From Spartobacteria bacterium (GTDB lineage: Bacteria; Verrucomicrobiota; Verrucomicrobiia; Chthoniobacterales; UBA10450), in assembly GCA_003134785.1 (NCBI GenBank), contig PLCN01000024.1:69216-133215 (forward strand): DNA of 64,000 nucleotides, given 5' to 3'. Position numbers and translations under genes: made by a program. The stretch's first letter is position 1. Every line of letters begins with the position of its first letter. The notes beneath the pieces are model-generated. The model saw only the letters and a list, made by a program, of their open reading frames with translations. It had not been told where the DNA came from and did not search any database. Shown one piece after another: positions 20,552 through 28,143 of this stretch.

Positions 20552-20635
20552 TTTGGATTTTAGATTGTGGATTTTGGATTGAGCGGAGACTTTTCCGCCA
20601 GGTCGTAATCCGAAATCCAAAATCTAAAATCCAAA
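20552..20635 (+). promoter_or_regulatory. AT-rich 29-bp-stem inverted repeat ending exactly at the glnD ATG
   Basis: Left arm TTTGGATTTTAGATTGTGGATTTTGGATT (20552-20580), right arm AATCCGAAATCCAAAATCTAAAATCCAAA (20607-20635). One mismatch and one G-U pair, with a 26-nt loop. Confidence 0.6.
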
Positions 20636-23404
20636 ATGCCGGCCTCTCGTCATCTCGAAAAAGTTCTCGCGCATGCCGAGCGTGAGCTGGCCTCGGCCCG
20701 CACGAAGGGACCGGCGGAAACTCTCGCGCTTTATAAAAAATTCCTGAAGATCGAAGAGCATCGGCTTCGACTCAGCCATCAATCGGGCGGCGGGGGCCGG
20801 GAAATTTGCGCGCTCCGGGTCGAGCTGATCGATGTCTTGCTGCGCCACATCTTTGCGTCCGCGTCGAACTTCGCGCGGCAAGAAAGAGGCGTGTCCCCTA
20901 CTCCGCTCACTGTGGTCGCGCTCGGCGGTTATGGCCGCCGGGAACTCAACCCTTTCAGTGATGTGGACGTGATGTTTCTCCACGACAAGAACAGCTCGGG
21001 CATCTCGCCCTATGCGGCCCAGGTCATCGAACAAACGCTCTATCTCCTGTGGGATATCGGATTCAAAGTTGGGCACTCGACACGTTCGATCCCCGAAGCG
21101 ATCAGCCTCGCGAATACGGATATGCTCACGAAAACCGCGATGCTGGAATCGCGCCAGCTGGCCGGCGATCCGCAGCTCGAACGTCTTTTCCGCAAGCGGT
21201 TCCGGGCCAATTGCGTGAAGGGCCGGGAAAAGGAATACGTTGAGCTGCGCATGCGGGATCAGGCAGAGCGGCACGCGAAATTTGGCGACAGCGTTTACAT
21301 GCAGGAGCCGAATCTCAAAAGCGGCTGCGGCGGGTTGCGCGACTATCAGAATCTTCTTTGGATGACCTTTTTCAAGGAAGGCGCGCTCACCACCACCCAT
21401 CTCGTGGGCAAGGATTGGCTGAGCGAAGCGGACCGGCGGCGCATCGAAGCGGCCTATGATTTTCTCCTTCGGCTCCGCACCGATCTGCATTACGCCACCG
21501 GTCGCGCGACGGACACGTTGCATTTCAACGTCCAGGACCACATCGCGCAACGGCTCGGTTACCCGCAAAAGCGTGGGACGCTGCGGAACGAAGCGCTAAT
21601 GAAGGATTACTATGAACACACGCGAAACATTTTTCGCGTGACGGAGCGAATCACGGAACAGTTCGCGAGCGGACAATCGTCGGCCAGCACGCGCAAGCTC
21701 TTCAGTTTCCTGCCGCGACCAAAAACGCGCGAAGAGCAGGTGGACCAATTCCGCGTGCGGCAGGGACAACTCCACGCGCAACGCCCGGACATTTTTGCGC
21801 GAACGCCCGAAGCCATGATGAGCGTTTTTCTTCTCGCACAGGAACGCCGCCTGGATCTGAGCCCAGACCTGGCCGATCTCTTCACTCGGAACTTGGGGCT
21901 GGTGACGCGCGCCTTCCGCAACGGGAAAGGACCGCGCGAAACGTTCCGCGCGATCCTTTCACACAAAGGCGAAGTGGGCCGCATTTTACGGATGATGCAT
22001 CGCGTCGATTTTCTTGGTCGCTATGTTCCGGAGTTTGGACAGCTCACCTGCTTAGTGCAGCACGAGTTTTTCCACCGCTACACCGCGGACGAACACACCC
22101 TGGTTTGCATCGATAAGCTCGATCAGATCATTCGCACGGAGGAGACGAAGTTTCGAATGTATCGCGAGCTATTCGGAAAACTCGAGGACCCGCTCGTTCT
22201 TTATCTCGCGCTGCTTTTGCACGATACCGGCCGGGCGGTCGGGGCGCGTCCGCATTCGGAAGCGAGCGCGCTTTTTGCGCAAGGCGCGGCGATCCGGCTC
22301 CAGCTTTCGGCCGCGCAACGCCGTTCGTTGATTCTGCTGGTGGATCATCACCTCACGCTTTCGAACATGGCCCAGCAGCGGAATCTCGATGACCCGGAAA
22401 CAGCGGTGGAGTTCGCGCGCATCGTGAAGGACCAGAAAAATCTCGACGCGCTTATGCTGCTGACGCTCGCCGATGGCCAGGGCACAAGCGCAGACGCGTG
22501 GTCGGACTGGAAGGAAACGCTGGTCTGGCAGCTCCACCGCGCGACGTCGCAATATCTATCCGACCAGGAGGCGTTCTACGAGCAAACAAAGATCGAGCGC
22601 GAGCGCTTGCAGGCGAGCGTGACGGAAAGCCTGGGCGAAAATTACGCGGAGGAAGTGGAAGCGCACTTCGAGTTCATGCCGGACAATTATTTCCGCGCCT
22701 TCGCCGTCAAGGAAATCGTGGCCCACCTCAAACTCTTCCGGCGTTTCCTGGAGAATTTGTACTGGCGCAACGAACCGCCGCTCGCTCCCGCGATCGCGTG
22801 GCAGGCTTTCGCGCAGCAGGGGCACAGCATCGCTTCTTTTTGCGCTTGGGATGGCCAGGAGTTGCTGGCGAAAATCGCGGGGTCGTTCGCCGTGGTGCCG
22901 ATTAATATTCTCAGCGCCGACATTTACACGCGCGGCGATAACGTGGTGCTGGATATTTTTCGCGTGTGCAACACGAAGTTTCGCGCGGTGACAGATGAGC
23001 GCGATCATGCGCTGGTCGAAAGCACCTTGCGCCAGGCGCTGGCCAGCGAAGAGTTCGATTTCGCGCCACTGCTCGACCGAGCGCGAAGAGAAATCGTGAA
23101 GGGCGCCGCCCGCGGTGAGATGGATTTTCCCACGCGAGTGACGGTGGAAAACAAGGCGCATCCAATCTATACACTCGTTCAAATTCAAACGCCGGATCGG
23201 CTCGGATTGCTTTACGAGTTGCTCTCTGCTTTCGGACAGGAGCGCGTGTCGATCGCGCTCTCTCGCATCAGCACCGAGAAGGGTGCGGCGATCGATACCT
23301 TCTACGTGGCGGATCGGACGACGCGGGGCAAAATCGTGGATCCATCGCGAATCGCTGCGTTACAGGAACGGCTCCATCGCGCGGCGCTGGGGGTGGTTGG
23401 GTAG
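20636..23404 (+). CDS. glnD: [Protein-PII] uridylyltransferase / uridylyl-removing enzyme
   Basis: NTase motif LGGYGRRELNPFSDVDVMFLHD, HD domain (LLLHDTGR), two C-terminal ACT-like domains, ~920 aa. Confidence 0.92.
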   Translation: MPASRHLEKVLAHAERELASARTKGPAETLALYKKFLKIEEHRLRLSHQSGGGGREICALRVELIDVLLRHIFASASNFARQERGVSPTPLTVVALGGYGRRELNPFSDVDVMFLHDKNSSGISPYAAQVIEQTLYLLWDIGFKVGHSTRSIPEAISLANTDMLTKTAMLESRQLAGDPQLERLFRKRFRANCVKGREKEYVELRMRDQAERHAKFGDSVYMQEPNLKSGCGGLRDYQNLLWMTFFKEGALTTTHLVGKDWLSEADRRRIEAAYDFLLRLRTDLHYATGRATDTLHFNVQDHIAQRLGYPQKRGTLRNEALMKDYYEHTRNIFRVTERITEQFASGQSSASTRKLFSFLPRPKTREEQVDQFRVRQGQLHAQRPDIFARTPEAMMSVFLLAQERRLDLSPDLADLFTRNLGLVTRAFRNGKGPRETFRAILSHKGEVGRILRMMHRVDFLGRYVPEFGQLTCLVQHEFFHRYTADEHTLVCIDKLDQIIRTEETKFRMYRELFGKLEDPLVLYLALLLHDTGRAVGARPHSEASALFAQGAAIRLQLSAAQRRSLILLVDHHLTLSNMAQQRNLDDPETAVEFARIVKDQKNLDALMLLTLADGQGTSADAWSDWKETLVWQLHRATSQYLSDQEAFYEQTKIERERLQASVTESLGENYAEEVEAHFEFMPDNYFRAFAVKEIVAHLKLFRRFLENLYWRNEPPLAPAIAWQAFAQQGHSIASFCAWDGQELLAKIAGSFAVVPINILSADIYTRGDNVVLDIFRVCNTKFRAVTDERDHALVESTLRQALASEEFDFAPLLDRARREIVKGAARGEMDFPTRVTVENKAHPIYTLVQIQTPDRLGLLYELLSAFGQERVSIALSRISTEKGAAIDTFYVADRTTRGKIVDPSRIAALQERLHRAALGVVG

Positions 23405-23444
23405 CACACGCGTCTCGCCAACACGCGAGACGGGTGCGCTACCC
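23399..23444. repeat. GGGTAG-armed GC-rich hairpin overlapping the glnD stop codon
   Basis: GGGTAGCACACGCGTCTCG - CCAACA - CGAGACGGGTGCGCTACCC. The TAG stop (23402-23404) lies in the left arm. Confidence 0.6.
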
Positions 23445-23585
23445 AGACAACTGACCGCACGGCGGACCAAAGTTCGAGCGCAATAATCAGACTGGCTGGC
23501 GGAGCCTTTCCGTCTACCTTCCCCGCGATCCTGTGGTTATTCATTTTTTTAAGATTCCTATGCCGACGATATTTCGAGACCAAGG

Positions 23586-23616
23586 AAAGGCGGTTTCGAA
23601 GCCGCCTTTTGTTTGG
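23586..23616 (+). terminator. Rho-independent terminator-like hairpin plus T tract
   Basis: AAAGGCGG-tttcgaag-CCGCCTTT followed by TGTTT. It lies ~180 nt downstream of the glnD stop. Confidence 0.5.
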
Positions 23617-23657
23617 GTCGGCCGCTTGGAAAGAGCCGGTTCTTTTTTGCTGCTGCC

Positions 23658-24410
23658 ATGAATGTCCTTATACTCGCCGCAGGGTACGCCACGCGCCTGT
23701 ATCCGCTCACGCTTCACAAAGCGAAACCGCTGCTCGAAGTCGCGGGCAAACCGATGATCGAGTGGGTGCTCGACCACCTCGCGGGTGTGCCGGATCTCGA
23801 AACGATTTACGTGGTTACGAACAGCAAGTTCGCGAAAGATTTTCAAACGTGGGCCGAGGATTACCAGCGGCGGAAGCCGGGACTCGCGCTCAAGATCGTC
23901 AACGACGGCTCGACCGATGACTCGGATAAGCTGGGCGCGATTGGCGACATCACCCTGGTCGTGACGCGGGAAGAGCTGGGGGCCAATGATCTAATCGTTG
24001 TCGGGGGCGATAATCTGTTCAGCGAATCGCTGGAGGATTTTGTGCAAGCAGCCGAAGGATCGGAGGCGACGCTGGCGACTTATGATGTGGGCGACCTCGA
24101 GGCGATCAAGAAGTATAGCGGCATCACGACCGATTCCGCAGGCGTCCTCACCGGGTTTGAAGAGAAGCCAGCGCAACCGAAAACCACGCTGACAGGGATT
24201 GCGCTCTATTACTTCTCGCGGAATGTCGTGCCGCTTTTTACGACTTATATCGCGGCGGGAAATAATCCGGACCAGCCGGGAAGATTTATTCAGTGGCTCT
24301 ACACCAGAAAGCCGGTGAAAACCTATCAGATCAAGGGGACTTGGTTTGATATCGGGAGCAAAGAAACGCTCGAAGAAGCGAGCGAGATTTTCGCAAAGTT
24401 CGTTCGATGA
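23658..24410 (+). CDS. Sugar-phosphate nucleotidyltransferase (NTP_transferase family)
   Basis: MNVLILAAGYATRLYPLTLHKAKPLL is the canonical N-terminal G-loop. I place the start at the ATG at 23658. Confidence 0.85.
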   Translation: MNVLILAAGYATRLYPLTLHKAKPLLEVAGKPMIEWVLDHLAGVPDLETIYVVTNSKFAKDFQTWAEDYQRRKPGLALKIVNDGSTDDSDKLGAIGDITLVVTREELGANDLIVVGGDNLFSESLEDFVQAAEGSEATLATYDVGDLEAIKKYSGITTDSAGVLTGFEEKPAQPKTTLTGIALYYFSRNVVPLFTTYIAAGNNPDQPGRFIQWLYTRKPVKTYQIKGTWFDIGSKETLEEASEIFAKFVR

Positions 24411-24413
24411 ATG

Positions 24414-24474
24414 TGGGAGGGGCCTCAGTGCCCCGACATCGAACTGTTGAATCGGGGCACTGAGGCCCCTCCCA
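24414..24474. terminator. Perfect 23-bp inverted repeat filling the gap between convergent genes (bidirectional terminator-like)
   Basis: TGGGAGGGGCCTCAGTGCCCCGA - 15 nt - TCGGGGCACTGAGGCCCCTCCCA. It lies between the stops at 24410 and 24477. Confidence 0.6.
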
Positions 24475-24476
24475 TA

Positions 24477-24896
24477 TTATTTCAAGCGCCCTTCGTCGAA
24501 TTCGATGAGGTCGAAGTAGGTGCGAATATCTTTGCGGCCTTCGCCGCCGGCTTCTTTGAGGAAGTGGATGAAGCGCGCCTTTTTCGCGGCGGTATCCGGA
24601 CAGCGCGAAATCATGGCCTCATTCCAATGTTCGATCGCATCGGCCGAATGCGCGGTGCCATTTTTCGAAATCCAATCGAGAATCCCGGCGTCGTCATCGA
24701 GGCGGTTGGCCGCTTCTTCAAACGCGTCCGGGTTCAACTTCAGAAAGGCCAGGAGATGTTTGTCGAACCCGACGGTTTTGTAATTGTAGCCGTCAAGCAA
24801 GCCTTTGCGATGGAGCTTCGCCTTGTCGATCAAACGCGGCAGATGCACGTAACCGCCCAGCCGGTCGTACGGACTGCGTGGACGCAGCTTTTGCAT
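24477..24896 (-). CDS. DUF5069-like protein
   Basis: RSPYDRLGGYVHLPRLIDKAKLH matches my memory of DUF5069 N-termini. It is the last gene of the minus-strand run. Confidence 0.75.
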   Translation of the reverse strand: MQKLRPRSPYDRLGGYVHLPRLIDKAKLHRKGLLDGYNYKTVGFDKHLLAFLKLNPDAFEEAANRLDDDAGILDWISKNGTAHSADAIEHWNEAMISRCPDTAAKKARFIHFLKEAGGEGRKDIRTYFDLIEFDEGRLK

Positions 24897-24907
24897 TCAG
24901 CCCCGAA

Positions 24908-25765
24908 CTAAGTCGCGGGCAATGGATGCGGCACCACGTCCGGCGGGATCACATCCGCGCCTGCGTCCGAAGCAGCAGCGATTGGCTTCGACTCCGGCAG
25001 CAGCTCAGCTTGAGTGAGTCCGGCGTTGCCAATGACCAACTGGCCGGAAAAGATGCCGCCTTTCTCCACGGAAATCGATTTCGCGGTCACGTTTCCATCG
25101 AGCATCGCGTGGCGATGAATGACCACCGCGCCCTCCGCGATGATCTCCCCCGTCATCCGCCCGCGAATCTCGATGCTCTTGACTCGAAGGCGCCGGAAAA
25201 ATTGCACATCGGATTTTTTCTCGACCAGGACCCGTTCCGCTGTGAGCCGTCCGGGAATTTTGCCGGTGAAATTTATCGTCGCCGTTCCGACGCAATTCAT
25301 GTTGCCGCGCATTTTCCCTTCGATCAACGCAGTCCGGCAAGTCACGCTGCTGCTGCTGAGATCTCCTTTCGCGGTGACGTGAATCTCGCCGTGAGTTTTG
25401 ATCGAGCGGCTGAAGCTTGTGACTACCTTGTAATCGCGCAGATCGATGTGCGTGCTGCACTTCGGACAAAATGTGGACGAGGCGGCGGAGCTGATTTCCT
25501 GCTTCGCCTTGCAATCGAAGCATTCGATCTCCGAGTTGTGATGCTTCGTCCAATAGCCTTCCAGTTTTCGGAAAAGCGACGGATCGGCCACCGCCTCGAC
25601 CGGCTCGTCCTTGGGCCGGAGACGCACTTCCATCTTCGGCGCGGAAGGCGCGAAATGAGCGCCGCATTGGCGGCACATCGTGCTCTTCGCCGCAGCATAT
25701 TCCATCTGCTTAAAGCCACAATGCGGACAATCCACATTGACTTTAGCAGGCGACGGCTTGGCCAC
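24908..25765 (-). CDS. Bactofilin with two N-terminal zinc-ribbon motifs
   Basis: CPHCGF..CRQCGAHF and CFDCKA..CPKCSTHI, followed by bactofilin-type beta-helix repeats (IEGKMRGNMNCVGTATINFTGKIPG..IRGRMTGEIIAEGAVVIHRHAMLDGNVTAKSISVEKGGIFSGQLVIG). Confidence 0.8.
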   Translation of the reverse strand: MAKPSPAKVNVDCPHCGFKQMEYAAAKSTMCRQCGAHFAPSAPKMEVRLRPKDEPVEAVADPSLFRKLEGYWTKHHNSEIECFDCKAKQEISSAASSTFCPKCSTHIDLRDYKVVTSFSRSIKTHGEIHVTAKGDLSSSSVTCRTALIEGKMRGNMNCVGTATINFTGKIPGRLTAERVLVEKKSDVQFFRRLRVKSIEIRGRMTGEIIAEGAVVIHRHAMLDGNVTAKSISVEKGGIFSGQLVIGNAGLTQAELLPESKPIAAASDAGADVIPPDVVPHPLPAT

Positions 25766-25789
25766 TGGTGGCGTTGGACAGGTAGCGGC

Positions 25790-26359
25790 TTAAACGCGGG
25801 CGCCGAAAGCCGACTTGGCTGGGGGCGTCGCCGGCTCTTCGTTCCGAACGATCTCTGGTTTCGCGGCCGGGGTGGCGCCTTTGCTGGCGCCGCCGCTGGT
25901 CACTTCGGATTTGCCGATAAAAGTAGCGCCCTCTTCGATCACGAGCCGCGCTGCTTTCAAGTCGCCCTGCAGCGTGCAACGCGATTTCAGCTCGCAACGT
26001 TCGCCCACGGTGATGTTCCCCTGAACCTTGCCGTAAACCGTAATCGATTTGGTTTTGATCTCGCCGCGGATGTCCGCGTTCTCACCGATGGTGAGGACGC
26101 CGTCGGAATTGATCTCCCCTTCGACTTTGCCGTCGATGAGCAATTCCTTTTGAAATTTGATGGAGCCCTTAATCTCGACGTCGCTCGAGAGGATGTCTTT
26201 GCCAGAATGTTCAGCCATATATTTTTGTGGATCGATTGTTGGTGGTGATGTTCGGGGTTGTTCGCGCTGAGCGAGCCCGTTGTTCTCATCAGTGCCCGCG
26301 CTTAACGATCCTTCTCCGATCGACGACAGGGGCTTCTGCGGGATGAATTTTTTCAGCAC
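25790..26359 (-). CDS. Bactofilin
   Basis: SSDVEIKGSIKFQKELLIDGKVEGEINSDGVLTIGENADIRGEIKTKSITVYGKVQGNITVGERCELKSRCTLQGDLKAARLVIEEGATFIGK. The start could instead be the internal MAEHSGK. Confidence 0.85.
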   Translation of the reverse strand: MLKKFIPQKPLSSIGEGSLSAGTDENNGLAQREQPRTSPPTIDPQKYMAEHSGKDILSSDVEIKGSIKFQKELLIDGKVEGEINSDGVLTIGENADIRGEIKTKSITVYGKVQGNITVGERCELKSRCTLQGDLKAARLVIEEGATFIGKSEVTSGGASKGATPAAKPEIVRNEEPATPPAKSAFGARV

Positions 26360-26390
26360 GCCCGCATTATGGTAATACCGAATGGCTCTG

Positions 26391-27992
26391 TCAATGGCTT
26401 ACCGAGGGAAAGTCATCTTTTTCCGCGGAAAGCTGGACGTGAAACACTTTGCAGGCCGTGTTTTGGGAGACGAGGTGAAGGAATTGGGGCGCCTGGCTCG
26501 GGGTGCGATCGAGCACGCGGCCGAGGGGATTTTCAGGCGGTGGCAGGCCGAGAATAGCGGGTGAATTGGCCAGGGTGCGGTCTGCGTCGTACACCAACAC
26601 CCAGGCGACCTTGCTCTTGAGCAGGAGCTCGCGCCCCGTTTCTGCGTCCGATGCGAGGAAGAAACGCGCGCTGCGTGCGATTCCATCCAGCGATTCGTGC
26701 GAAGAGCCCGCCACACCGGGCTGGCCCGACCAATAGGCGACTGCGGGCGACCACCACCACGGTGCGAGGAAAGCGGCCTCGGCCTTGCCAGCAAGCGCGG
26801 TTGCGGCGGCCCGACATTGCACGGCTTCGAGGCGGCGTTCCAAGTGAAGAGTGTTTTCAGACTCGTTAGGCCAAAGGCTTGCGTCCCAATCCAACATGAT
26901 CGGGCACAGCGAAACAACGATGGCGACCCACGCGATGGTGCGACTCTTGACCACTTTGAGCAGCGCGGGCAAAGCCACAGCAAAAATCGCGACAAAGAAA
27001 TAAGCCCAACGCGCCTGCCAAGCCGTGAGAACAAACGTCGTCATCAACAACGCCGCCAGGAAAATGGGAACCGCAAAAGTTCTCCGCACCGCGATCCAAA
27101 GAAGGGCTGGCAACGGAATGAGCAGCAGCCCAGCCCAGCGAAGCCAGATCGGATCATCGAGCGGCACGTGCTTCAGCTCGCCGATCGTCGCCGCCCAATT
27201 CGTTCGAATCGGATCTGATCCGAAACGCGGCCAGCTCGGCAGCCGCTGTTCGATCAACAATCCCAGCACGGTGATTATCCCGAGCACAGCCCAGCCAATC
27301 CGACGATGCCTCGCCGTAAAATTTTGATGAGCAAAGACAGCGTGAGAAAGAAGGACCACCAATAGCAGAACCGGCGGTTCGTAAAGCGAAACCCACAACG
27401 CCAGACCCCACGCCGCGCCATTCACCGCGCTCCATCCGCGCGATGCTTCCGTTTGCAACGTCCATTCGGAACAAACGGCGACGATCAAAAGCAGAATTAG
27501 AAACGACTGATGATCCGGCCGGCCCAGTTCCATTCCATGCACGAGGATTGGACTCACCGCGTAGATCAGCAGAAGCGCGCCCCGATATCGCAGTTTGCTT
27601 CGCCGCGCCCACCACCACAAAAACCAACCCGCCAGCAAACCGAGCAGCGGCGAAATAATTGCGCCCGCCAGATCGAGCGCTCGAGCCGTAAACGGCTTGA
27701 GCATTTCCGCCACTGCGACGATGAGATAATCAAACGGCGCGGTCGTGTGCGGTGTCGTCCCAGCGGGAAAATTCTCGAACGAATGATGCCGAACGACGAG
27801 CCCCGGATGTTCCAGACACATGCGCGCGCGCGTCATGCGCGAATAACAATCGGCGTCGGAAAAGTAGATGTCGCCCCCAACGAAAACGTCCTGATAATTC
27901 GCGCACCTCGCCGCGAGAATGAGCGCGCTGAAAACCAGGAACTCGACGACGAGAGTCGTCGCGCGCACTGCACGACGAAGCGAAGGATTCAA
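26391..27992 (-). CDS. Polytopic GT-C glycosyltransferase, STT3/AglB/PglB-like (divergent oligosaccharyltransferase homolog)
   Basis: More than 10 hydrophobic segments. Loop-1 FSDADCYSRMTRARM..FENFPAGTTPHTTAPFDYLIV, loop-2 ELGRPDHQS, C-terminal APWWWSPAVAYWSGQPGVA in place of WWDYG. The ORF-track start (28064) overlaps the tRNA, so I place the start at the TTG at 27992. The start is uncertain. Confidence 0.6.
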   Translation of the reverse strand: MNPSLRRAVRATTLVVEFLVFSALILAARCANYQDVFVGGDIYFSDADCYSRMTRARMCLEHPGLVVRHHSFENFPAGTTPHTTAPFDYLIVAVAEMLKPFTARALDLAGAIISPLLGLLAGWFLWWWARRSKLRYRGALLLIYAVSPILVHGMELGRPDHQSFLILLLIVAVCSEWTLQTEASRGWSAVNGAAWGLALWVSLYEPPVLLLVVLLSHAVFAHQNFTARHRRIGWAVLGIITVLGLLIEQRLPSWPRFGSDPIRTNWAATIGELKHVPLDDPIWLRWAGLLLIPLPALLWIAVRRTFAVPIFLAALLMTTFVLTAWQARWAYFFVAIFAVALPALLKVVKSRTIAWVAIVVSLCPIMLDWDASLWPNESENTLHLERRLEAVQCRAAATALAGKAEAAFLAPWWWSPAVAYWSGQPGVAGSSHESLDGIARSARFFLASDAETGRELLLKSKVAWVLVYDADRTLANSPAILGLPPPENPLGRVLDRTPSQAPQFLHLVSQNTACKVFHVQLSAEKDDFPSVSH

Positions 27993-28033
27993 TCTGTGGG
28001 GATTCTTTTCATTCCGAAATCCGAAATCGCAGC

Positions 28034-28106
<73 letters not shown>

Positions 28107-28143
28107 GCACGACGACCGGAATAGATCATGGCCAATCCATTCC

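Noticed and set aside
23445-23585. Possible small RNA between the glnD hairpin and the terminator-like hairpin at 23586
   Set aside because: The only evidence is an AT-rich stretch and a downstream hairpin with a T-tract. I could not evaluate a promoter or conservation, so the region may simply be the glnD 3' UTR or the promoter region of the next gene.
24878-26248. Long ORFs antisense to confidently identified genes: 1256..2428, 16552..17493, 17629..18432, 20624..21568, 24878..26248, 36163..37143, 41391..42404, 45786..46682, 48784..49593, 49646..50536, 54607..55707, 57613..58503
   Set aside because: Each lies fully inside a gene with clear family motifs on the other strand. Their translations are Arg/Ala/Gly/Pro-rich with no recognisable motifs, as expected for stop-poor antisense frames in GC-rich DNA.
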